64,000 nt of DNA from an uncultured Mycoplasmatota bacterium (GTDB lineage Bacteria; Bacillota_I; Bacilli_A; RF39; UBA660): NCBI GenBank assembly GCA_946403755.1, contig CAMJBC010000001.1:80735-144734 (forward strand), given 5' to 3'. Position 1 is the stretch's first letter. The number at the start of each line of letters is the position of its first letter. Of the stretch, positions 1 to 9,076 are shown in pieces. Under the pieces are notes generated by a model. The model did not search any database. It was not told the origin of the DNA and was given only the letters and a program-made list of their open reading frames with translations. Position numbers and translations under genes: made by a program.

Positions 1-1497
1 TATAGTATTTATAATTTATTCTTAAATATAAGTACTGCAGGTATACCAATAGCAATGAGTATGATAATAAGTGAATATCTTGCTTTAGAAATGTATGATG
101 CTAAAGAAAGAAGTTATAAAGTAGGAAAATATATGATTAGTATTCTTGCTATTATATCTTTCTGTGCAGTATTTTTTGGAAGTGAAGTATTAGCTAGATT
201 TATTTTATCTAATGCTCAAGATGGACACAGTATACATGATGTATCTATGGTTATAAAATCTATATCATTTTGTCTATTAATTATACCTTTTTTAAGTATT
301 TTAAGAGGATATTTACAAGGACATAAATTTATAGCACCAACTAGTGCTGCTCAAGTAATAGAACAAGTAGTTAGAATATTAATTGTTATATTTGGATCAT
401 TTATTTCAATTAAAATATATAAAAGTAGTATTCCAATTGGAGTAAGTGTTGCTTTATCGGGTACTTTCTTTGGAGGATTATTTGCATATGTATATTTGAG
501 AAGAAAAGTACATAATAATAAAAGATCTTTCCCAGTGTCTGATAAAAGAAATAATGTAAGTAATATGACTTTAGCTAAGAAAATACTTATGTATTGTATA
601 CCTTTAGTTATTATAGCTGTTACTGATAATTTATATACTTTAATAGATATTAAATTAATTATTAAAGGTTTAAATATGGTTGGTTATAGTACACTAACTG
701 CTGAAACAATATCTAGTATATTAGCTACATGGGCTCCTAAAATATGTGCTATTATAGCTGCTATTTCTGTAGCATTAACAACTAATATTATTCCACATGT
801 AACATCATCTTATGTATGTAAAGATTATAAAAATGTAATGTATAGAATTAATCAAGCTATTTCTACCGTATTAATTATTACTATTCCTATGGCTGCTCTT
901 ATGTTTTTACTTTCTAATGAAGCATATTTTATATTCTATGGTAATAATCAATATGGACCTTTAATATTAAAAATGACAGCTATAATAAATGTATTCTTTG
1001 CAGTTAATACTGTTTTAACTAGTAGTTTACAGGCTATGAAAAAATTTAGAGTAATATATCTAAATACATTTATTGGTTTACTTGCTAATGCATGTTTAGA
1101 TATACCAATGATATTATTATTAAATAAACTTGGTTTACCAGCTTATGTTGGTACATCTTGTGCTACTATTATTGGTTATACTATATCAATTAGTATGTCT
1201 TTAATACATTTACATAAAGAAATGAACTTTAATTATAAAGCTACATTAAAAACAATAAGAAAAACTATTATTCCATTTATATGTTTATTTGTGCCAATTT
1301 TATTATCAAAATTATTTATTAAATATGAATATAATTATTTAACTGCATTTATATCATTAATAATTCATGGTATATTTGGTACTTGTATATATTTAATAGT
1401 TATGTATTTAAATGGAAATATAATAGATGTATTTGGAAGAGAGTACGTAAATAGGTTATTTATAAAACTTCATTTAAAAAAAGAAGAATCAAATTAA
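1..1497 (+). CDS. MOP-superfamily polysaccharide/lipid-II flippase-like membrane protein (MurJ/SpoVB-like), 5' end outside window
   Basis: Frame 1 is open from base 1 (YSIYNLFLNISTAGIPIAMS...). Polytopic hydrophobic protein with the RGYLQG motif typical of MviN/SpoVB-type flippases. Confidence 0.6.
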   Translation, partial: YSIYNLFLNISTAGIPIAMSMIISEYLALEMYDAKERSYKVGKYMISILAIISFCAVFFGSEVLARFILSNAQDGHSIHDVSMVIKSISFCLLIIPFLSILRGYLQGHKFIAPTSAAQVIEQVVRILIVIFGSFISIKIYKSSIPIGVSVALSGTFFGGLFAYVYLRRKVHNNKRSFPVSDKRNNVSNMTLAKKILMYCIPLVIIAVTDNLYTLIDIKLIIKGLNMVGYSTLTAETISSILATWAPKICAIIAAISVALTTNIIPHVTSSYVCKDYKNVMYRINQAISTVLIITIPMAALMFLLSNEAYFIFYGNNQYGPLILKMTAIINVFFAVNTVLTSSLQAMKKFRVIYLNTFIGLLANACLDIPMILLLNKLGLPAYVGTSCATIIGYTISISMSLIHLHKEMNFNYKATLKTIRKTIIPFICLFVPILLSKLFIKYEYNYLTAFISLIIHGIFGTCIYLIVMYLNGNIIDVFGREYVNRLFIKLHLKKEESN

Positions 1498-1501
1498 AAA
1501 A

Positions 1502-1528
1502 ATACTTTTAAAAAAGGTATTTTTTTTG
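1502..1528 (+). terminator. Rho-independent terminator after the flippase gene
   Basis: Hairpin ATACTTTT/AAAAGGTAT (8 bp, one G-U) followed by T8. Confidence 0.6.
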
Positions 1529-1551
1529 TATAATTAATAATAGGTGATAAT

Positions 1552-3612
1552 ATGAATAAAAAAGGTTTTACACTAGCCGAAATGCTAGCAGTAATTGCAG
1601 TACTTGGAATACTAGTATTATTAGTAGTGCCAAATGTACTTAAAAATTATAGAGAGGCTAAAAGAATTGCCTTTATCGATGAGGCAAAAACAGTATATTC
1701 TAAAGCAACAGATCAATATGTTTTATCAAGAACAAAAGGTAATAAAATAGGTTTAATTACTAATGACAATGAATATAAGTTAGATATTGATAATGCTAAT
1801 GATCTAGAGTATTTTGTAAGAATTAATGATGAAGGAGTAGTTACTCAATTTAGACTAACTAATAGAGAATTTTGCATAGTTGGTACTGGAGATTTCTTAG
1901 GCAATTATTCTAAAGATGATGTAATTGATATGACTGATGAAACTCAAGCAGGAAGATGCGTTACTAGTGCTTTAGTTGATGATGGAGTATATGCATTAAA
2001 ACTTCAAACAGCTAAACCAATAGTAAGTGAAGCAGATCCAAGAACAATATATTTAAAATATAATGTTGGTTGGTTTAAAAATAAAAGTGCTAAAACTGAG
2101 TTAGATAGAGATGAAAATGGAAAGTATAAAGTTACTATTCCTTATAGAAAAAATAACTATTTTAAAAATTCTTCAGTAACAAGACAAGAAGGAGAAACAA
2201 CTGTTAAAATTAAAGCAATTAATTGCGATGGTACTTTAGCAGCTGGTAATACTGGAGATGGATTATTTACTGGTACAGAAACATCTAACGAAATATTTTC
2301 TTTCTCAGAATTTGAACCAAAGTATTATCAAATAAAATTTGAACTTAATAATGGAACTGGTAGTATAACTACATTGAAAGTACCATACGGAGTTCAAAAG
2401 AATTTACCAGTTAATAAAGATAGTAATGGATATGGAATAAATATTAAGAGAACTGGATTTTTATTTAAAGGATGGACTAGCGGTGGAGTAACATATGCTG
2501 ATGGAGCTGCATTACCAGTATTAACTGATGATAATGAAGATGAGTATCCACACTTTAAATTTGATAATGTTTCAGTATGTAAAAATGGACTAGATTCAGC
2601 TAATACAAATATCATTCCATTTGAGCCAATTTGGGAAGCTTCAACTTATACAGTTAAATATGATGGAAATACTAATACAGGTGGTTCTAAAGCTGATTCT
2701 GTAGAGACATATGATAGAGCATTTAACTTACCAAATAATGTATTTACTAAATCAGGATATACATTTACAGGATGGACTGCTACTGGTATTGATACATCAA
2801 CAGCAAAACATGGTACATCAAATAATCCAAATACAGCATGGAATGGTACAACTAAAACTAAAGATACTTACTTTAAAAACTTAACTCCTGTTAGAGATGC
2901 AGAAGTTACAATGAAAGCTAATTGGGAAGCTAATAAATTCACTATTGCTTATGATGGAAATGGATCAGATAGTGGTTCAACAGCATCTCATGAATGTACT
3001 TATGACGCAGATTGTAATTTATCTAACAATGGATTTACAAGAACAGGATATGTATTTGATAAATGGGTATATAGTGGTACAACTTATTCTCAAGGAGATA
3101 GTGTTAAAAACATAACTACAACACCTAATGCAACTATTACTTTTAAAGCAACATGGATTGATAAATGTAGTAGCATTGCTTATGTAGATGGTACTTCATG
3201 TACTGTTTCATGCGGTGGAGGTACTTATAATAGAGTAGCTTATTCATCTTATGATTCAAATTATAGATGTCCAGCATCAGATACTTCAAGTGGTGGTAGT
3301 GCATGTCAAACTCAAGACTGTTGTTCTTCAACATATACATCATATGGTTCATGGGGTAATTATGGATCTTGTTCAAAAACTTGTGGCGGTGGATTAAAAT
3401 ATAGATCTAGATCATATACATATTATTCAAATTATAATGGACAAAATTGTGGATCAGGAACTGAATCAGAAAGTGCAAGTTGTAATACACAATCATGTTG
3501 TACACCACAACAAGTAATACCATGGCAATGTTGTACAACTGCTTGTGCATGGTATTGTTGCCCATCTGGTAGTAAATTACACAGTGATGGTACATGCTGG
3601 TATGAGTGTTAA
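1552..3612 (+). CDS. Type IV pilin-like (prepilin N-terminal methylation motif) surface protein with three Flg_new/Listeria-Bacteroides repeats and a C-terminal Cys-rich region holding two TSP1-like modules
   Basis: N-terminus MNKKG|FTLAEMLAVIAVLGILVLLVV is a class III signal (G-F, Glu at +5, hydrophobic helix). Repeats have the form Y.V.YDGNG..G......Y......L..N.F.R.GY.F.GW. The C-terminus contains SCTVSCGGGTYNR...C and WGNYGSCSKTCGGGLKYRSRS...C...C. RBS AGGTGA and an extended -10 TGTATAAT lie upstream. Confidence 0.8.
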   Translation: MNKKGFTLAEMLAVIAVLGILVLLVVPNVLKNYREAKRIAFIDEAKTVYSKATDQYVLSRTKGNKIGLITNDNEYKLDIDNANDLEYFVRINDEGVVTQFRLTNREFCIVGTGDFLGNYSKDDVIDMTDETQAGRCVTSALVDDGVYALKLQTAKPIVSEADPRTIYLKYNVGWFKNKSAKTELDRDENGKYKVTIPYRKNNYFKNSSVTRQEGETTVKIKAINCDGTLAAGNTGDGLFTGTETSNEIFSFSEFEPKYYQIKFELNNGTGSITTLKVPYGVQKNLPVNKDSNGYGINIKRTGFLFKGWTSGGVTYADGAALPVLTDDNEDEYPHFKFDNVSVCKNGLDSANTNIIPFEPIWEASTYTVKYDGNTNTGGSKADSVETYDRAFNLPNNVFTKSGYTFTGWTATGIDTSTAKHGTSNNPNTAWNGTTKTKDTYFKNLTPVRDAEVTMKANWEANKFTIAYDGNGSDSGSTASHECTYDADCNLSNNGFTRTGYVFDKWVYSGTTYSQGDSVKNITTTPNATITFKATWIDKCSSIAYVDGTSCTVSCGGGTYNRVAYSSYDSNYRCPASDTSSGGSACQTQDCCSSTYTSYGSWGNYGSCSKTCGGGLKYRSRSYTYYSNYNGQNCGSGTESESASCNTQSCCTPQQVIPWQCCTTACAWYCCPSGSKLHSDGTCWYEC

Positions 3613-3626
3613 TTAAGGAGGAAATT

Positions 3627-4421
3627 ATGAATAAAAAATATTTAATCACAATTTTATTATTATTAGTATTAAGTATTACATTTTATGGTTGTAAGAATAA
3701 TGAAAAGCCTACACCTCAACCACAACCTCAACCAACACCTGTAGAAAATAAGACAGATAATACTGATATAAACGTTAATTATAATGAAGAAACTATTAAA
3801 TCTTTCTTTACTAGTTTTGGACAATGTAATACAGGATATAAATTGACTTTTGGTGAAGATAAAACTATTAAATATGATGCTTTACCTAAAGAATTTGTAA
3901 ATAATACTTTATATAATTATTTAGTATTTGCTAAAAAAATTACTAGTAATAATAATACTGATTCATTTACTAAAACAGATTTAGAAACTGCTGTTAAAGT
4001 AATATATGGTAATGTTAAATATGAAATGGATAATAATTTTAATTTAGGAGATTATTCATTTACATTTGATAATGCTAGTGGCAAATATTCATATACTAAA
4101 AATGATAAAGTTGGTTGTGGTGATAAATTACTAGCAGGATATAGTATAAATGCAGTATTTAAACCAGTTTATGATTCAAAAGATGCTAATACAACTGCTG
4201 CTGATGAATATGTAGCTAGTATTTACTATTATGATTATAAATATGAAATGAATGATAATGGATACAAAATAATCTATTATGGAACTAAAACAGATAAATC
4301 ATTTGAAAATCCAAAATATGGTTTTATAGATGCTAATCCTAATCATTTCTTAAATTATGAGTTTATATTTGTAAAAAATGGTTCTAGATATGCATTTGAT
4401 CGTGTAGAATTAGTAGGTTAA
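3627..4421 (+). CDS. Lipoprotein of unknown function (paralog 1 of a tandem pair)
   Basis: AAGGAGG RBS 5 nt upstream of the ATG at 3627. Signal peptide with lipobox-like LSITFYG|C, then a PQPQPQPTP linker. Clearly similar to the next ORF (IKSFFTSFGQCNTGYKL / LPKEFVNNTLYNYL). Confidence 0.7.
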   Translation: MNKKYLITILLLLVLSITFYGCKNNEKPTPQPQPQPTPVENKTDNTDINVNYNEETIKSFFTSFGQCNTGYKLTFGEDKTIKYDALPKEFVNNTLYNYLVFAKKITSNNNTDSFTKTDLETAVKVIYGNVKYEMDNNFNLGDYSFTFDNASGKYSYTKNDKVGCGDKLLAGYSINAVFKPVYDSKDANTTAADEYVASIYYYDYKYEMNDNGYKIIYYGTKTDKSFENPKYGFIDANPNHFLNYEFIFVKNGSRYAFDRVELVG

Positions 4422-4430
4422 TATCTAATT

Positions 4431-5162
4431 ATGAAAAAGACTAAACAAAAGAAACAAAATAATAATGATTTTATAATTATGTCTATAATAGTATTAATTA
4501 TAGTAGTTGTATGTTTAGTATTTGGAATTCGTTCTAGAAATATAAAAATTGAATATGATGAAAACGAAATAAAATCATATTATTCTAAATTTGGATATTG
4601 TGCTTTTGGATATAAACTAGATTTTAAAGATAATAATATTAAATATGAAGATTTACCAAAAGTATTTATTAATAATACATTATATAATTATTTAAAATAT
4701 AATAATAAAGTATCCATCAATGAAGAAAAAGAATCATTTAATAAAGAAGATTTAGAAATTGCTGTTAAGGATATATATGGTGAAGTTAAATATGAATTTA
4801 CTGATACATTTGATTTAGGTGATTATTCATTTAAATACGATAAAAATGAAGAAATCTATAAAACTACTAAATCAAAAAAAATAGATTGTGAGAAGAAATT
4901 ACTTAATGGGTATGTGGTTAATTCTATTGAAGAGATAAATAACAAGCTATATCTAGATGTATTATATTATGACTATGATTTAGAACTTAATGGTAATACT
5001 TGTTTAAGATATAATTTTTATGGTACTAAAGATAATGAAACATTTACTTATGGTAGTCCAGAAAATCTTAAGTTTATACCTGAACATTTTTTAACATATA
5101 GATTTGTATTTAAACCATATAATGAATCATATATATTTGATTATGTAGAAGTAATAAAGTGA
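4431..5162 (+). CDS. Membrane-anchored protein of unknown function (paralog 2 of the tandem pair)
   Basis: N-terminal TM (FIIMSIIVLIIVVVCLVFGI). Shares IKSYYSKFGYCAFGYKL, LPKVFINNTLYNYL, DLGDYSF and two conserved Cys with ORF 3627-4421. Confidence 0.65.
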   Translation: MKKTKQKKQNNNDFIIMSIIVLIIVVVCLVFGIRSRNIKIEYDENEIKSYYSKFGYCAFGYKLDFKDNNIKYEDLPKVFINNTLYNYLKYNNKVSINEEKESFNKEDLEIAVKDIYGEVKYEFTDTFDLGDYSFKYDKNEEIYKTTKSKKIDCEKKLLNGYVVNSIEEINNKLYLDVLYYDYDLELNGNTCLRYNFYGTKDNETFTYGSPENLKFIPEHFLTYRFVFKPYNESYIFDYVEVIK

Positions 5163-5188
5163 AGTTAAGAAATTGACTTCACTTTTTT
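5158..5188 (+). terminator. Rho-independent terminator closing the pilin operon
   Basis: AGTGAAGT...ACTTCACT 8-bp stem overlapping the TGA stop, followed by T6. Confidence 0.7.
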
Positions 5189-5223
5189 AGTTATATAATG
5201 GTAAAATATTAATAGGTGATATT

Positions 5224-7791
5224 ATGAAAAAAAGAGCAATCTTAGTAGATGGAAATAATCTATTATTTAGAAGTTATTATGCTACTGCATATACTGGAAA
5301 TACTATGAAAAATTCTAAAGGTGTACCAACTAATGGATTATTTGGTTTTGTTAATATGATTAATAAAATTATTAATGAAGAAAAACCAGAATATATGATG
5401 ATTGCTTTTGATAAAGGTCATAATTTTAGACAAGATTTATATGATAATTATAAAGATGGTAGAATAGCAACACCAGATGATTTAAAAGTACAATTTCCAA
5501 TAGCAAAAGAATTATGTGATTTAATGGGTATTAAATATATTGAAATTGATAATTATGAGGCTGATGATATTATTGGTACTTTTGCTAGAATGGCTGATGA
5601 AGATAAAAATTATAATGCAACTATTATAAGTAGTGATAAAGATTTATTACAATTAATTAGTGATGAAGTAGATGTAAAATTATTAAAGCAAAAAGATTAT
5701 ATTATGATGAATAAAGATACATTCTTTGAAACATATGGCCTTGAACCAATTAAAATGATAGATCTTAAATCATTAATGGGGGATGCTAGTGATAATATTC
5801 CTGGTGTTAAAGGAATAGGTGAGAAAACAGCTCTTAATTTACTTCAAAAATATAATAGTTTAGATGGTGTATATGAACATATAGATGAAATTAGTGGAAA
5901 GACTAAAGAAAAGTTGGAAAATGATAAAGAAAATGCATATTTTTCATATAAATTAGCAACTATATATAAAAATATAGATTTTGATTATACATTTGAAGAT
6001 ATTAAATATAATGGTCCTAGAGTTAATGAATTAATAGATAAATATAAAGAATTAGAATTTAATTCATTTCTTAAAACTATTAAACCTGTTACTACAGAAG
6101 TAACTAGTGATATTGAAATAGTTAAAAGTAAGATTAGTATAGAAGGAGATTATAGTTTTTATTTAGAACTTGATAATTCTAATTATCATAAAGCTAATAT
6201 GATAGGAGCATCTATTTATGATGGTAATAAATCATATTATTTTGATAAAGCTTCTTTAATGTTAAATAAAGATTTATTAAAAGATGTATTAGTTACTTTT
6301 GATAATAAAAAGAATAATGTGTTTTTAAATACATTGAATATGAAAGTAGAATCTAAATTTGATACTATGATAGGAGCTTATTTACTTAATTATAATGTTA
6401 AAGAAGATGTATCATATTTAAGTACTACTTTTGGTATTGAAATACCTTATTATGAAAATATAATTAATACTAAAAATAAAATGAGTGATGAAGAAATAAG
6501 AAATGCTATTGTTATGAAAGCTAAATTCTTATTTGATACATATAAAGAATTTAATGATAAACTTAAAAACGATGAATTATATGATTTATATTATGATATG
6601 GAACATCCATTAATTGATGTACTTACTTCTATGGAAATAGATGGTATACATGTAGATGGTAGTGTAATTGATGAATTAAAGAGTGATATTAAAGTAAAAG
6701 TAGATAATCTTACTAATACTATTTACAACTATGCAGGAGAAGAATTTAATATATCTAGTCCTAAACAATTAGGATATATTCTTTATGATAAATTAGGTTT
6801 ACCTAAAGGTAGAGGTAAGAATGCTACTAGTACTGCTCATGAAGTATTAATTAAATATACTGATAAACATCCAATTATAAATGTAATTTTAGAATATAGA
6901 AATCTAAATAAACTACTTACAACATATTTAGATACATTTAATGATTATATACTTAGTGATGGAAAAATACATACTATATATAAACAAACTGGTACTAGAA
7001 CAGGTAGATTATCATCTGTTGATCCTAATTTACAAAATATACCTGTTAGAAGTGAAGAGGGTAAAAAAATAAGAAAAGCATTTTTACCTAGTAAAGATAG
7101 TGTTTTATTATCAAGTGATTATAGTCAAATTGAACTTAGAGTATTAGCGCATATATCTAATGCTAAATCTTTACAACAAGCATTTATTAATGATGAAGAT
7201 ATTCATACACATGTAGCTAGTGATATATTTGATGTACCTGATGAAAATGTTACTCCTAATATGAGAAGAACTGCTAAGAGTGTTATATTTGGTATTGTAT
7301 ATGGAATTAGTGGATATGGTTTATCTGAAAACTTAGATATTACTCCAACTGAGGGTAAAAAATATATTGAAAAATATTTGGAATTATATCCTGAAGTAGA
7401 TAAATATATGAAAGATATAGTTGAAAAAACTAGAGAACTTGGATATGTAAGAACATTATTTAATAGAAAAAGAGATATTGAAGAAATTAAAAATACAAAT
7501 TATTTAATACGTTCTATGGGAGATAGAATGGCTCTTAATACTCCAATACAAGGAACTAGTGCTGATATATTAAAATTAGCTATGGTTAAACTATATAAAT
7601 TATTAAATGAAAAAGGTTATAAAACTAAAATGTTATTACAAGTTCACGATGAATTAATATTTGATGTACCTAATGATGAATTAGATAGTATTAAAGAATT
7701 AGTTAGAGATACTATGGAAAACATATATAAGTTATCAGTTCCATTAAAAGTAAGTATTGAATATGGAAAAAACTGGTATGAAGCTAAATAA
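5224..7791 (+). CDS. polA: DNA polymerase I
   Basis: 855 aa. 5'-3' exonuclease N-terminus (LVDGNNLLFRSYYA, GVKGIGEKTA). Family A polymerase motifs DYSQIELRVLAH, RRTAKSVIFGIVYG and QVHDELIF. Confidence 0.95.
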   Translation: MKKRAILVDGNNLLFRSYYATAYTGNTMKNSKGVPTNGLFGFVNMINKIINEEKPEYMMIAFDKGHNFRQDLYDNYKDGRIATPDDLKVQFPIAKELCDLMGIKYIEIDNYEADDIIGTFARMADEDKNYNATIISSDKDLLQLISDEVDVKLLKQKDYIMMNKDTFFETYGLEPIKMIDLKSLMGDASDNIPGVKGIGEKTALNLLQKYNSLDGVYEHIDEISGKTKEKLENDKENAYFSYKLATIYKNIDFDYTFEDIKYNGPRVNELIDKYKELEFNSFLKTIKPVTTEVTSDIEIVKSKISIEGDYSFYLELDNSNYHKANMIGASIYDGNKSYYFDKASLMLNKDLLKDVLVTFDNKKNNVFLNTLNMKVESKFDTMIGAYLLNYNVKEDVSYLSTTFGIEIPYYENIINTKNKMSDEEIRNAIVMKAKFLFDTYKEFNDKLKNDELYDLYYDMEHPLIDVLTSMEIDGIHVDGSVIDELKSDIKVKVDNLTNTIYNYAGEEFNISSPKQLGYILYDKLGLPKGRGKNATSTAHEVLIKYTDKHPIINVILEYRNLNKLLTTYLDTFNDYILSDGKIHTIYKQTGTRTGRLSSVDPNLQNIPVRSEEGKKIRKAFLPSKDSVLLSSDYSQIELRVLAHISNAKSLQQAFINDEDIHTHVASDIFDVPDENVTPNMRRTAKSVIFGIVYGISGYGLSENLDITPTEGKKYIEKYLELYPEVDKYMKDIVEKTRELGYVRTLFNRKRDIEEIKNTNYLIRSMGDRMALNTPIQGTSADILKLAMVKLYKLLNEKGYKTKMLLQVHDELIFDVPNDELDSIKELVRDTMENIYKLSVPLKVSIEYGKNWYEAK

Positions 7792-7817
7792 TGTGATATA
7801 TTATTACAGGTGAAAAT

Positions 7818-9047
7818 ATGATACAAATATTTAGAAAGAGAGAAAAAAATGTAGATAATCCTCAAGGATGTGAAGAATTAACTGATTTTGAGAATTATGA
7901 TAGACCTTTTATGATGTGTTTATCATCTCAAGATTTAATTGATAATTCTGTCTTTGGCTTGATTAAAGAAGGTGCTAGAGCCGCTAGAGTTAGAACTTCT
8001 GATGAATTAGCAGGTGGATTTAAAATAGATGAAATGCCTTTTGATTTTTTAGGTCTTAAATATGTACCTGATAAAGTTAAAAATCAAAGAATAGATAAAT
8101 TAGTTAATGATTTCATATATCCTTACTTAAAAAGAGGAAATGATATTAAAAAACAAGCTAGAAAAATTAATTTCTTTGTATTTTGTGATGCTACTAATAG
8201 ATATATAGAAATAGAAAGACAATTAAAAGAATTGTTAAGATCAGATGGTTATAGTGAAGAGGATATTAAAGATATATTATCTCAAATATCTGTTGTGGCT
8301 ATAGCTAGTAATGCTAAAATAGCTGATTTATATGCTACTACATTTTTATTTAAAGACATTAATGACTCAGAAGTATATGATAGAGTATCTAAAATTTGTG
8401 CAAATAAATTACCTGTTAATAGAAATACTATGATACATCAATTAAGTAATACAGTAAGAGTATTTGCATTTAATGGTACTGGAGATCATTCTTTAAGAGA
8501 ATATTTAAATGACGGAAGTATTGCAAAACCATCTTTATGTGCAATGGTTAGTTATTTAGTAGAAAATTCTATTTTAAATAGTAAATCTAATGAATTGGTA
8601 CCAATTAATGGAAAAATATTATCAGGTAGAGCATTAAAATATAATGCAGATTTTGATAGTATTGATGAATCTTTAGATAATTTAGATATTAGTCTTGATT
8701 ATGATGGTACTCCTAGATATACAAAAAGCGAACATGCTATATTATTAGAATTAGATAAAGTATGTAAAAAATATGCTGCTTCTAAAAAAACAACTGAAAG
8801 ACAAGAAAAAGAAATACAAGATTTACAAGATAATAAAAGAACTTTAATATCTGGAATAAGAGAAAATTGTAGTGAAGTAGCTTTTGCTAATATAGTAGTT
8901 AAAAATAAAATGTATAATCCATCAAAAAAAGATTTAGAAATATTATCTCAACAGTTGCCTACTGATAAAGAGGTTAGACAAATGTGGGAATTAAGTAGAA
9001 CATACACGCCTAATCCTGAATTAGATGATTCTGGACCAAAGTTATAA
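7818..9047 (+). CDS. Hypothetical cytoplasmic protein, 409 aa
   Basis: Good RBS (AGGTGA). No signal peptide or TM. No motif I recognise. C-terminal third looks coiled-coil (QEKEIQDLQDNKRTL). Confidence 0.5.
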   Translation: MIQIFRKREKNVDNPQGCEELTDFENYDRPFMMCLSSQDLIDNSVFGLIKEGARAARVRTSDELAGGFKIDEMPFDFLGLKYVPDKVKNQRIDKLVNDFIYPYLKRGNDIKKQARKINFFVFCDATNRYIEIERQLKELLRSDGYSEEDIKDILSQISVVAIASNAKIADLYATTFLFKDINDSEVYDRVSKICANKLPVNRNTMIHQLSNTVRVFAFNGTGDHSLREYLNDGSIAKPSLCAMVSYLVENSILNSKSNELVPINGKILSGRALKYNADFDSIDESLDNLDISLDYDGTPRYTKSEHAILLELDKVCKKYAASKKTTERQEKEIQDLQDNKRTLISGIRENCSEVAFANIVVKNKMYNPSKKDLEILSQQLPTDKEVRQMWELSRTYTPNPELDDSGPKL

Positions 9048-9076
9048 TAAAAAGGATGATTACTCATCCTTTTTTA
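9047..9076. terminator. Bidirectional terminator between convergent genes
   Basis: AAAGGATGA-ttac-TCATCCTTT 9-bp stem flanked by an A-run and a T-run. It overlaps the stop of the minus-strand gene. Confidence 0.7.

Noticed and set aside
2394-3649. Minus-strand ORFs 2394-2615, 3143-3376 and 3407-3649 inside the pilin gene.
   Set aside because: They are antisense to a strongly supported CDS, have biased low-complexity translations (M/Y/H/N-rich) and lack an RBS. They are typical shadow ORFs in AT-rich DNA.
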